Shown here: in pieces, positions 34,130 to 47,147 of the stretch | Layout of the letters: each line of letters opens with the position of its first letter | Numbering within the stretch: the first letter of the stretch is position 1 | NCBI GenBank assembly: GCA_051362555.1 | Contig: CM120640.1 | Location: 11,780,001-11,844,000 of the forward strand | From: Lingula anatina | Taxonomy: Eukaryota; Animalia; Brachiopoda | Length of the DNA stretch: 64,000 nt | Direction: 5' to 3' | Notes under the pieces: model-generated | What the model was told of the DNA's origin: nothing | The model's database searches: none | Seen by the model: only the letters and a program-made list of their open reading frames with translations | Made by a program: the position numbers and the translations under genes

Positions 34130-36608
34130 TTTTTGACGATTAATTTCCTAAGTTATTTATTTTACTGGTATAGTACAGGGAGTTAATAGCTTTGTCGAAC
34201 TAAGTCGTGCTTTTGTAGGGAGATTGTTAAAGGGATAATAAATCTTCGTTTCGGCCAAATAATGAATTTTCCTGGAGTAAACAACAATTTTTCCATACTT
34301 ACCAATGGTTAATGAATCCATTTTTACATTCAAAGTTAGTCCCTGGTTTTTTCTAAAAAGTTTGGGTTTTTTTTGTTTAAATCTCTTAAGAGATTTTAAC
34401 AGAGTATAGCCATCAATGAAGGTCACGTGGTCTAAAGACAAGCTCAGATATCAGAGTAATAGCTATAACTGTCGTTTTTGTGGTAAAACAGAATATATTA
34501 TATTTCTATGAGTTATTCACAATGTTTTTATTGTGAAATATAGATCTCATGCGAAGAGTTATTATCCCTTTAAGGTTATCAACGGCACACCCAGTATTTA
34601 CCTAAGAAATACACATCCTACTTATTAATGTCAGAATGAAATGAACACACATGTCTATAGACTGTCATTCTGGAACGTCTCTGTTCAAGCTCTTGTTGAT
34701 ACTTAAGTCATTCTGTGTCGCTCTCAGTTTTACATGTAAATAATGCAGCCTTGATCTACTGAAGGCTAGCTAGCCTGAATTTAAATTGGGAATACACTTT
34801 GCTCTCGGATCTGAAAAGATGATGTACATATCTGAATAGAAAATACAAAAAACAATTATATGATACGGTGTGTATAAAAAGAGTTTTTGTCATTGGTTAA
34901 CATAACTTCAGTATTTGAAATGCATGGAAAACTTAATTGCTTCTAAAGCATCAGGTTACTAGGTGCATTGTTTATGGCTCGGAATGTCGCCAGGACGTGG
35001 GTTGGTAGTGAATATCAGACGGGTAGGTGAACCCGCCAATCGATCAATATTATTTTTGTCTATTGAAAACTACTTGCCAAACTAGGCCAATGCCCACGTA
35101 TACCTGTACGTGCAGGTTCACAAAGGGTAGCTTAGTTTTTTGGATGAATTTGTTTACCATGTCAAACAAAATTTGTATCGCTGTTATAACCTATAGATGA
35201 ATACTGGTTTACGTGACCGGTGTACTAAAATAAAAAATATGCGCTGACCTCATCAGTTTAAAAAAATACCTGTACGCACCTCTTTTAAAAAGGTGTAGGA
35301 GTCTGTTTTATTGATGGGTGACAGGTCCAATTATAAAGGAATATGTATTTATTTGTAATTATTTGCAAATTTTCGTGACAAATGCCTGGGATCATGTCTG
35401 TCGTGTGCGTTTGTGATGTTTCCTCCTAGACCATTAGAATGAGAAACTTGAAACTTCGGGATTGATAAACGTATCATCATTGATTGCCCGTCGGAAATTT
35501 AACGCACCTGGAGTCGGGCTTTCTATGGAAGTGGATGACTGTATGCATATAGGCCTACAATTCCATTATCTTACCTGCTTTTACGAAAAAGTAGTGCACG
35601 ATTTATTTCGTAAAATTTGGTTGTCGTATGTCGAATGTTTCATGATATCTCGAACGTTTGTATTATCAGTACGGATTTGTTGGAATTTTTCACATTAGTA
35701 AAATACTTTCAAAAAGGTTTATGGATTAATTTACAACTTCCATCATGTACGCGTCTCCAAAGATACGTAGCTTTTAAAAACCATATTTGTTTGACTGGCC
35801 AGTAGATTTTTCAATGACGATACGTTCTTGTTCAGTTTCCCTATGTTAATTTAAGATCATTCATAAAATGTGCAAGTCGTACCATTTTGCATCCTCCACT
35901 GGGGATACAGTATCTGGAACCATTTGATTTCTAGGTACTTAATTATTGAAATATGCTGAAATATTTTTCAGTTTCCGCAAACGATGGGCTATCTTGCTGG
36001 TCTTTGTGCTAGTGGTGGCAGTTGTGGTATTGTTGGCAGTTCTCTTTGCTACTGGTACCATACCTGTGGGTGGCACGTCAATCGGTAGCGTGTCTGCCTC
36101 CAAAGGTGGAAGTACTACTCCAAAATCAACCGATGACCCAGAGGCGCCTCCCTCGGCTTCCCGACTGGGAGAATACAGGTTTGCCGCCGTAGCTGCGGAT
36201 GCTGGAGAATGCTCAAGAGTGGGGACGTAAGTTGCAAGTACATGTAATTTTCCCATGCATGCGGTGCTATGTTGCTTATGAGTTTCGCAGTGGTAAGATA
36301 TGTTCTTGTTCCCCTTCTAACAAAGATGAGATGATCTTATAAACTATAATCTGAAGGTAACATCCAGTGATCTGGATATTCAGTCCACTAATTAGCGCAC
36401 CAATTGATGTAAATGTATTCATTTATTTATCATTATTTACCTACTTGCCCACTCCTTCCAACCTACTTATCATTTTCTTCCAGAGAATTTCTTGCCCGGT
36501 GTGGCTCAGCAGTAGATGCGGCAATCGCATCATTGCTATGTGTAGGAGTACACAATGCGCACAGTATGGGTGTCGGAGGAGGTTTCTTCATGACAGTTTA
36601 TAACAGGT

Positions 36609-36648
<40 letters not shown>

Positions 36649-36792
36649 GCAGCAAAATTAAGATTGGCCATTGCTTTAGAATTGTTTATCAGAGAGTAAA
36701 ATGAATAGATTTTGTTAATGATACAATGCATGCATTCAAGTCCCTTGTTTTAGGATATATTTGATTTGATCTTGAGGGGAAAGTAAGGGAAA

Positions 36793-36862
<70 letters not shown>

Positions 36863-39800
36863 CTGTACTTTTTTGTTTGGCTGCATGAAAATATATTTTG
36901 ATTGTTTACTGTTGTAAGGGCCAACAAAACAGCATATACAATTGATGCAAGGGAACAAGCACCGGCTGCCGCTAATGAGACCATGTTCACCAACAACCCT
37001 AGCAAAACCGCATCTACTATTGGTAAGGGTGTAATGTAAAACAATATGGGTATACAGGATGTGTTGCCCTGCTTGATAACTTCTGACGCGCCAGGTATGT
37101 GACAGAAATATTTTAAGATGTGCCCAAGCACGGACGTCAGGTTTGAAGCATGTTATATCAGAGGATTAGCAAAGAATTTGAAGAATGATGCGCAGGCGCA
37201 GAATTATTCTATTTTCACTTTTTGTTAATTAAGTGACGTTTTGGAGACATCGTAGATTTTAACGGCAGGTTAAGTTGAACTATGGATGGGAGCGTTCTTG
37301 ATTGTGGTTTTGACGTGTTTTTTAATAGGGGGACTAGCCATTGGGGTGCCAGGAGAAATAAGAGGCTACTGGTTGGCCCACCAACGTTTTGGTAAACTAC
37401 CGTGGAAGGAGCTGTTCGTGCCTACCATAAAAATGTGCAGATCAGGGATAAAAGTCGGGAAACCACTGGAAATTGCCTTAATAGCACGAGAAAAGGAAAT
37501 CCTAAACGACACTAGCCTCAGGTCTGTAGTGCTTCTTTCGAAACTAATTATTTAGAATATGAATTTGAATACAAAGTTAGCTTGGGCCTGGGGAGAACGA
37601 ATGTATTATTTAGAAAAATGTATGGTACCTCCCTTTCCATGGGAACTTATTATTGTGTGTTCAGTATCCAATGTCCTAAAATGCGTCAAACTGAAGTTTG
37701 TCAAATTATTGATAACAGATCTTGTTTTTATGCCTTTGTCGCCTTCATATTTCTGAGGTCTGCAAAACAACAAATTGGCCAGAACCATAGTTTATGAATG
37801 CACAAAAAGTTTGACATCTATGTTTCTTGGTATTTTTGCAGCGAAGTGTTCGCTCCAAGAGGAAAAATATTAAAAGCAGGTGATATGATGTACAGATATA
37901 AGTTGGCGGTTACGCTAGAGAGGATTGCCAATGCTACTGATGGAGGATCGGAATTTTACGATTCTGAATTGACTCAAGACATCGTTGATGAAATACAGGA
38001 AAAAGGTCAACTATATTTGTTAAAGAAGTCTGATATACCACTTGATGCCGTAAACTACTTATGAGAAGTAAAAAGAAAAATATGCTATTGCAATTACATT
38101 TACATGTTGCATTTATTAATCCATTTTGTAAATAGCAAATGGCAAATTATGATATTTTAAACTGTGAAATGTATTTAACTGTCGAAATTAAGAGTAATTG
38201 ATTTGGGTGTATCTTGACGTTAGGTGGCATCATAACAAGACAGGACATGCGAGAATACACAGCGAAAGAAAAGGAACCCCTGACCCTAGAAATGAACAAC
38301 GGAATGGAAGCGTTCTCACCCCCACCTCCATCTAGTGGGGCTGTTTATCAGTTTATACTTAACATTCTCCAAGGTAAGTAGGCTCCTATGGTTATGCCTT
38401 TTTGGAAATGATATCTATGGCGTTTGATTTAAATGACCCTTATTATTGTGCTAAAGAAAATAAAAATGGGAACTTCTCTTGCTACACAGACTGTTTCGTG
38501 TGCAGAATGTTTTAAATGTAGGCCTTCCGATCAAATTTAGGTATGCATGCACGCACAGTGTTATACAACGTGTAGCCATTATTCCAAAGCCTCGATCAGC
38601 ATTCAGCCGTGTTAGTTGCCCTTCTCTTAAGCACTAATTGTGGCAGCTAATTAGTCCACTAACTGTCTAGTTTTTGGGCGTTTTATATAGTTTCTACTCA
38701 TAAGTAGATAACACATGGAATTTACTTATTTTGCTTTATAACCATTAAATTTTTAGTATGTAAGCTACTGTTTGGTACATGTACCAAGGAATAAATTATA
38801 ATAAAACTAATAAGAAATAGATCATGAAGCAAATGATCATGCCCACACATACTTTATGAGTAGGACTACAACTAAAACATTCTGAACCCGAAACAGTTAG
38901 CGGAAAAAGTTGAGCTAACAAATGTTCCAAATGCAAACAAAAAGTTAAATGTAGAGTCTACAGGTAAGTACTTATTCTAGCACTCTTTTTTGTTAAAGTA
39001 TTCTCTGTGATGAATCTTACAGGTTATAATTTTACTGCTCAAGAGCTTCACCGTTCGCATGCAGTTCGTACATATCATCGTATGGTAGAAGCGATGAAGT
39101 TCGCGTATGCAAAGAGAACCGAGTTTGGTGATGAAGATTACTTGAGAAACACCACCTTGGACCAGGTAAAGAAATCAATTACTTTTTAATGAAAAAAAAA
39201 TTATGGGCGAAAGTCACATAAGAGCGTCTTTGTTTGTCGTTTCGCATAAACCGTTCATCATTATCATCAAACTGAATTGTTTAGTTAACATACAGGTACT
39301 TCATTTAATATTTTAGCTGGTGAAAAACATGACCTCCCTTGAGTTCGGGGACCATATCCGCAGTCTCATCACAGACAACACAACTCATGGTACAGCATAT
39401 TATGGACCAACATTTTACGACAGAATGACCGAGGGTACCTCGCATCTATCAGTTTTGGCGGGAAACGGGGATGCTGTCTCAGTTACCAGTACCATTAATT
39501 TATAGTATGTATATAAAGTTTTGTTACGGCACAACACTTTTGCACTTGAAATCGGACGAAATTATATCTGAACGCATAGTCAAATGCAATTTCATGTGAT
39601 GGATAGTGTACCTATTTGAGTGATGAATACCAAATATCGGCATTAAACTCGCATAGTGTTATATAAAACATTTTAAAACTGTTTGAAGTTTATACCTAGC
39701 AGGATAAACGGGTGCTGTTTTAACCCCCGTGGAAAATTTTCTCATTTATTTATTTATTTATTTATTTATTTATTTTGACTAAGGTAGTCGAATCTTTGGC

Positions 39801-40895
39801 ATATTTCAGTATTGTTAACTCCCAATTTAAGAAAGTAATCATCGAAAAATTATTACATCTATATAAGTCTGTTTTCAGTTTAGGATCTCGAGTTCGAGGG
39901 AAGAAGACAGGAATTATATACAACGATGAAATGGATGACTTTTCCTCTCCAAACATAACCAATGCATTTGGAATCCCACCGTCTCCTAACAATTTCATTC
40001 GACCCGGCAAGCGCCCTCTATCGTCCATGTGCCCAACCATTGTAGTTAATAAGGACGGTGACGTAATCCTGGTTGTTGGGGCATCCGGTGGATCCAGGAT
40101 CACCACAGCCACCGCATATGTATGTTTTATTTTTCTCTTTTTGCCTTCTTAATTAACATTTCTCTTTTCTCAGTATAAATCATGATCAGAAGCGGATCCA
40201 TTGGGAAAGGGCACACGTTCTATAACAAAACTTGTACATGTATTTCCTTCTTCTCTCCCCGCCCCCACCTTCCCATAGAATGGAAAAAATGATACGCATA
40301 CTGAGGTCCATAAATCCATGTGTAATGTACTCACTTCAAACATAGATTGGAGAAAAAACGAATGAAGTACACCCCAATCCTTCTTGACATCCGGAATCTG
40401 CCAGTAACGTTAGTACTTAATTAAATTTTTGCTGGTATTCCCTGAGCTTCAGTGTATTTATAATCCAGAAGAACAACTTTACAATGTGTTTATTATCATG
40501 GTACTTTACTATAATCGAAATTATGAATTTTCAGGTTACGGCACGCACACTATGGTTCGGTGAAAATATCAAGCAAGCCATCGATGCTCGTCGAATTCAT
40601 CACCAACTGTTACCGCCTGAAATAAGTTATGAGGAAGGGTTCAGAAAAGTAAGGCTTTACTGAAATTTCAGTTAAGTTTTTTCTTAGCTTTGTAATCATC
40701 CTATACATCAAAATGATATATTTAACTAAACCAAATGTTTCTTTTCAGATGTACATCTCGGGTCTGAGGGCGCTAAACCATAATTTAACAGAGAGAGCTG
40801 TCGGGGGCTCTGTGGTACAGGGTATTCACAGAAGCGAAAGTGCCATCTATGCAAACTCGGACTTCAGAAAAGGTGGCTATCCCGACGGTTATTAG
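33964..40895 (+). CDS. GGT1-like: Gamma-glutamyltranspeptidase / glutathione hydrolase, copy 3, ~634 aa
   Basis: Exons 33964-34046, 35972-36226, 36484-36606, 36919-37022, 37329-37521, 37842-38005, 38224-38373, 39023-39165, 39317-39504, 39879-40119, 40535-40648, 40749-40895; sum 1905 nt, in frame. Same intron positions and catalytic motifs as copy 2. Confidence 0.92.
34231..34569. mobile_element. TTAA-target MITE, second full copy (inverted relative to 20695-21016)
   Basis: ttaa|agggataata ... tattatccct|ttaa; the body is the reverse complement of the 20.7-kb copy. Confidence 0.88.
36796..36860. repeat. (TA)n microsatellite. Others: (TA)n 15692-15747 and 19924-19970; (CA)n 22584-22619; (TG)n 31488-31530 and 36618-36646; (AG)n 34099-34124
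   Basis: Read directly from the sequence. Confidence 0.95.
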
Positions 40896-41426
40896 AAACG
40901 GCGATTTTAGAAAGCGTATACCTACCACCGGTGTTTTGGTAATAGGAATTTTTAATGTTTTGATTTTAGAATTTTTATGCTGTCATTTTCCGTCTGCATC
41001 TTATAAGGGTTCTTGGAAACAAGTGTTGATCAAGCTTATCTTAAATTCGGTAATTATGTAAAAGGCGACTCATATATGTACGCTTTACTGATAACAAATA
41101 AGTAAGAAGTGTAGCATCTATTCGCACAGCAGGAAAAAGTGCATAATGTAAATAAGACACTTAGCAGCTTTGGGCAAAATTGTGTGAAACTGTTAAACGC
41201 ATACATTTTTGACACTTTCAAGATTTCCCTGCTCGACTTGTTGAAAGATTGGTCAAGTAGAAAGGAAATTGAGCTTGTGATACAAATGTGCTTGAATATT
41301 TAACCTCTTTTTCTTATATTTTACCTTTATATTTTAACATTTATATATCTCTGGTTTTAAAATCAAAATCATGTATACATGGAGACCTACTTCAATACTC
41401 CAGAAGACCTTATATTCGAAACAATT

Positions 41427-41979
41427 CAGGCCTACCCAACTACCAGACTCGGCACCTAAGGATCCTGAATTAACCGGTATATCGGACCACACTACCCGTT
41501 TTCAAGGTGTGTCAGATCGCATTTCGGAGTATCAGCCAGAACACCGATAGGATGAGCCCTGGCATGCTCGGCTGTCACCTTGATTGGATAGTAAACGATT
41601 GTCGTAAAATCGCTATATGATTTTAAAAACGGGTGCATAAATTTGAAAGCCACCTAGATGAACCTCAGACTGCCACATTAATCTAATACAATGCAAAAAA
41701 GCCCTATCAAAAGTGGTTAAAACATTCAAACCGAATGTCATAAAGTCCCCATATATCCCCATATATAGAGACAATAAAATAGAGTACTCTAAAGTAAGAG
41801 TACAGTTTAAGGTTGTTCAGCCGAGCGTGGATGAGCCCGCAGTCGTGCTACAAAATTTGTTCTGGGGTATGGTACTCCGAAATGCGATCTGACACACACC
41901 TTGAAAACGGGTAGCGTGGTCCGATATACCGGTTAATTCAGGATCCTTAGGTGCCGAGTCTGGTAGTTGGGAAGGCCTG
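41427..41979. mobile_element. MITE with ~105-bp TIRs and 5-bp TSD
   Basis: caggcctacccaactaccagactcggcacctaaggatcctg... is mirrored at 41872-41979; CAATT on both sides; empty paralogous site attcgaaaccattgca at ~27900. Confidence 0.9.
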
Positions 41980-44900
41980 CAATTGCACCAGTTAAAAATT
42001 TTACACTTATGCAGACTGGCCAACCGAAACGGTACCAAAGTGCCTTTTAACTGATTGTTGCTATACTGAGAGCATTCAGGTATGTAATCGTGCAATGACC
42101 ATCTACATTCGTATATTGCTAACAGGATGCAATCTGTACTACATGAATATCTCACTTACATTCCTGTAATATATGTTTCATGTTTTATGTGTGTTTGTGC
42201 TGTTTTTCGAAATGACTCTTCAATAAAATTTGTCAACAACAAAAAAGCGTTTTGTATTTTTTTCTAAATTGGCGGATAATGAAATGTCATTAGTAATCTA
42301 AGTAAAAAAAAAGCAAATGGAAGTTTTCACCCTCTGCAACCCTCTGCAAAATTTCATTTGTAGATTGTTTTTTTTTTCAAAGTTTGTAAAAAAAAGCTTT
42401 GTAAAAAAGCTCTCAATAAATGATTGTTTTAAGGATGCTATCTATTTTTAGTGAAAATTTGAGACACCCTGAGTATTACATGTAACACTGATGATTAAAT
42501 AAGATTACCTTGATAAGTAATCACAAAACTAATGGTACTAGGTACAACTAATTGATAAATTAAAATTACACTGATTAACGTAATGGTAGCCTTTTGAGAT
42601 CAAAATGTTATCGGTAGTGGTCAAACGGAACGAAATATTGTTTTAAAACGAGAAAGACAAGGCAAATGTTTCAGGTCAATTGTATATAAGTGCACTACTA
42701 CGGATTTATCTGAAACTGAAGTAGACCGATTTTAGGGCCAAAGTTCTGTTGTGAAATCGGCCTCTGACCCCAAGCGTAGACGAACACGAGAAGAAGTTCT
42801 TGAAGTCTGCGAACGAGAGCTGAGACAATGCACCGGAACGCGATGCTGAAGTATATACACATCCCGTCAACCTCAAACAACACCAAAGAACAGTTTTAAT
42901 AAGTTAGAAACATGACCTTAATTTTATAACACACGAGATACACATACAATGACCTATTTTATATACTGATCCTGCAATCCTAAAAGGCGCATGTAGAAAG
43001 CTTTTGTCTCTGACAAAAGCTTAAAATTTATTCCCTCAAAAATTCCATTCATCGCCCTACTTGAACAAACCTTTCAAGGCACATAAATATGTCACTGGAT
43101 AAGGTGCTTACCTAAGAGCTGGTACCCGTTTCCTAAAACTTGCGGCAACAAAAGGTCACAACTATTACGCGTAAAAATCTGTAAAAAAAACGAGTATAAT
43201 CGTGTAACTGGATGGAAACAACAAATGTCATTGACAGACAAGGCACACTGCCAAAAGGCCTCGATATCTGTTAAGCCAAAAGTCCTTAGTATCTGTCACG
43301 TCCTGAAGGGTACAAGGACGAGTACTTCCTCAAACGAGACACTTTTTTAACCAATTATTTACTTGTTCCTGATAACACAGGACACTTTGATCGAAAGATA
43401 CGATCGAGTGGCCCATCCACAGACAAATATTCACGTGCACGGACGTGCACTGGGGTCATGCAGGTGTGTCCGGAACAATGGGAAACTTGACAATAGAACT
43501 GAATATCATACCACGTTACATACGCAAGTACATGTACAAATTCTTCTGAGCTTTACATTAATTGCTTAGTGTAGGTAATATTTAAAGGTACATACGAACC
43601 GAGCATCGGTGGAGCGTGGATTCCCAGTAAGTGTGAGATAATACACTGTCACCCGATAATACACTGTCACGAGAGGTGTTCATGGCATATATCGCGAGAG
43701 GGTGACAGTGTATTATTTGACATACATACCGAGAAAAAATACAGTCATTTCATCCTAAAACACCCCTAAAACCGAATAAAGTGACCCTATATCACGCTCC
43801 AGAGATGTTATACGGAATAAACGCGTCCACGTGCGCTGGTCACCTTCCGCCAAATTCTTACGTAATGTCTGACAATTTGGTCAATTTTTGCTAAATACTT
43901 GTCGTGGACGTTCAACTGGCTTGATAAGTATTTATCAACCGTCGACACTGACCATGCACGTCTCAGCTGAGCCACACCTAGCTGGGACTGCTGCGGAAAC
44001 AATGTCCCTCTACTTTTAAGTGACATTTCTGATAAAAAGGAGCGTCGGACCGGAATATAGTCAAACTAATTTTTCACAAGTGCAAAGGAGAAAAATTTAC
44101 TTTTAGGTGATATTTCTGACAACGTGGCAGTTTCGGAATATATTAGAAATGAAAATGAAAAACTAGAATTAATACTCCCGTGAACTTGTAATAATTCTAG
44201 TTTTTCATTTTCATTTCTAACGACGAGGCGGTTATGGAATATAGTCAAAATCAAACGGATGTTTATTTCAAGTCCACAGGAGTAATAATTCTACGTTTTG
44301 GTGACAATTTTTTTACTACGAGGCGGTTTCGGAATATACATGTGCTGGTTTTCAGAGCATTCATGTGCTACATGTAATTACAAATTCAAAGGGGGAATAC
44401 ATTTGATTTTTACCGATATATCTGATAACGAGGAAGAATGAACAGCTTAGAAACAAAAGGTAAATAACACAACCCTCGTTAAAAAGTTACAGATTTACAA
44501 ATAATTTGTATACACGTGTGGCTTGGATGTAAACTAATTCTCCTTTCAAACCATACCCATATGATATGACTTAGTGTAATAAAATTATACATAATAATTG
44601 TTAAACGTGAAAATTTTATGCTAATTTTTTAAGAGCGTGAGAGATTTTAAATATGTCTACTGGTAGGTACATAACGCGAGCAACGTCATTATTCTCTTTA
44701 TGCCAAGAAGGTCACATGATCACTCTGTCTTTGGCTTTCAGCATTTAAGAGACCTCGACTGATTTAACCAAGATGTAGTCGTGAAATTCTAGACTACATC
44801 GAGGTTAAATCCGAGTTTTCCGAGAGACGCTACGCAGAAATGTCGAGTGAAGCGAGACATTTTTGGGTAGCGGCTCGAGGTTGCCCTCGATCTTAATTCA

Positions 44901-47147
44901 CTGAAGCTTGCCTAAATGGACAGGCTTCAGTGATCATCATATCGCCACGGTCATACAACATCCCAAGGTATGTATCACATGTAAACCACTTCTACTAGAT
45001 TCTTATATCACTCAAATAAATTCGACATGCCAAAGGATATAACTCGATCAGCCATAGAAGACCTTTAGACTGCTCCTTTCTTTAAATTTTTGGTTGTAAA
45101 TTTAACCTACTTTCGTGACCTACTTTCCTGCCCCACTGACATACAGCTTAGAATGCCAGCAGAAAAATCCCTCCAAACATCATTTTCGGGTAAAATAAAA
45201 CAATGCCTTTTGGCAATTCTCTTAGTTATACTACTTGAAACTATATGCTGGCATTTGGTTGGTTTTTGTGACAAAAAATTGACTTTGTATGCATCTTTAA
45301 AGATGAACACACAGGGGTTACTTCGTTATTTAGACTTCAAACACGTACGCATGATGGTTAAGCATACGTGTACTAGTAAGCTTGTTACTGTCATTGAACT
45401 AGGCAATAGCAGTAAGGTAACTGCCCTACCGGTAATTCTTATATATCCCATCGCTATTGCAAAATGCCATTGTAACCTATATGCAAGTTCGGGGACTTGG
45501 TCTTCAGAAGAGTCTGTCGTATTATTCTAATGTAACTCAAGTAGGCTACTGTTCTGATATATTCCATTGCATGTGAAAATACTTCTGCAACGGAAGAAAT
45601 AAATATGTTTGAAACAAAGGAGACCTCTTGTATTTTTTCTGTCTCACCCTGCTCGCCCTGCAGTACCTGCAAAGTGAGTTGAATTTGGAGACCTAACATC
45701 GAAGGTGATAAACATGTACATGTAAAAGTGTAATGGGCTGTTAATATTCCTCTAGTTTCTTTCATCCAGTCTAGAACAGGGTGTCCTGTCTAGAACATTA
45801 ATCACTATGTCTGTCAAGTCAAAAACAAGGATTTCCTCTCCGTGTTTCATTTCCAGTCTTACAGTGTATACACCAATGACAAAGCATTGAGTTCTAAATT
45901 GTACACCAAGTACAAAGGTCCATGTTACATTACGAAGCTATCATCAACAGGGTGTACGTATAAGGAACATAAATCGCCTGTTCATGCAAATAGATTGAAA
46001 ATGTATTATGACCCTAAAGATTGCAATAAATACAAAAGTCTGAATGACAGTAATTATGAGCAAGACAACAAATCAAATGGTAACTAGAGGATCAGAGAGG
46101 CGATACCGCCTCCTGATATAGTACCACCAGCTGGAGCAAGTGCTTTCATATGGACCCCCCCCCCCCCAAAAAAAAAAGGGACACCAACTCCAGTCTTGTG
46201 CTTGACAAGCACTATAAAATACAATGAACAAGAGTTATCAAAATATGCAAAAAATGCAAAAAAATATTACTTAAAATGGTACAATCAAGCAGATTTTCGA
46301 ACTGACCTATATTTTCCTAACATTCATCACTCCTGTGATTTTCTAGTCAATAGGCCTATTGGTTTTCCTTGAAATGTGTTGTCAGTGTTGCATATATGCT
46401 GAAAAACGAGAAAACCTAGGGGCAACACTGGGGATATCTCGGCTAGTTTTGAAGATATGAGGGGCAAGAAAATATGCAAAGTTCAGTTCATGGTGAAAAC
46501 GTAGGTCAAAGATCAATTTCAATGTCACAGTATATGACTTCCTATTCAAGTTCAATAGAAACCAAGGGCATTTCTTTGCCAATTTTTGAGATTTAAAAGC
46601 CAGAAAACATGCAAAGTGCAGTTCACCATAAAAGGTAGGTCAAATGTCAATTTCAAGGTTACAGTTAGATAGCCAGTGTAAGATTTCCTATTCAAGTTCA
46701 ACAGTAACTTTGGGCATATCTCTGCCAGTTTCTGAGATATAAGGGAAAGAACATTTATAAACTTCAGTTCATGGTGAAAATTAGGCCAAAGGTCAATTTC
46801 AGGGTCACAGTTAGATTGCCAGTATATGACTTCCTATTCAAGTTCAATAGTAACTATGGGCACATCTTTGCCAGTTTTTGAAATATAAAGATCAGAAAAT
46901 TTGCAAAGTGCAGTTAATCATGAACAGCTACATAGGTCAAAGGTAAATTTCAAGGCCACAGTTAGATTATCAGGATATGACTTCCTGTTCAAATTCAATA
47001 TACATAACTATGGACCTATCTCTGCCAGTTTTGGAGATAAAAGGGAAGGAAAATTTGCAAAGTTCAGTTCATGGTGAAAAGTAGGTCAAAGATCAATTTA
47101 AAGGTTACACTTAGCTTGCCAGTATATGACTTCCTATACAAGTTTAA

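Noticed and set aside
39500-39510. Apparent premature TAG after TSTINL in GGT copy 3
   Set aside because: TA|gtatgt is a splice donor; the codon completes as TAT (Tyr) with exon 10.
45090-45765. ORFs of 146, 103 and 67 aa upstream of the Gypsy fragment
   Set aside because: No recognisable domain or consistent splice structure.
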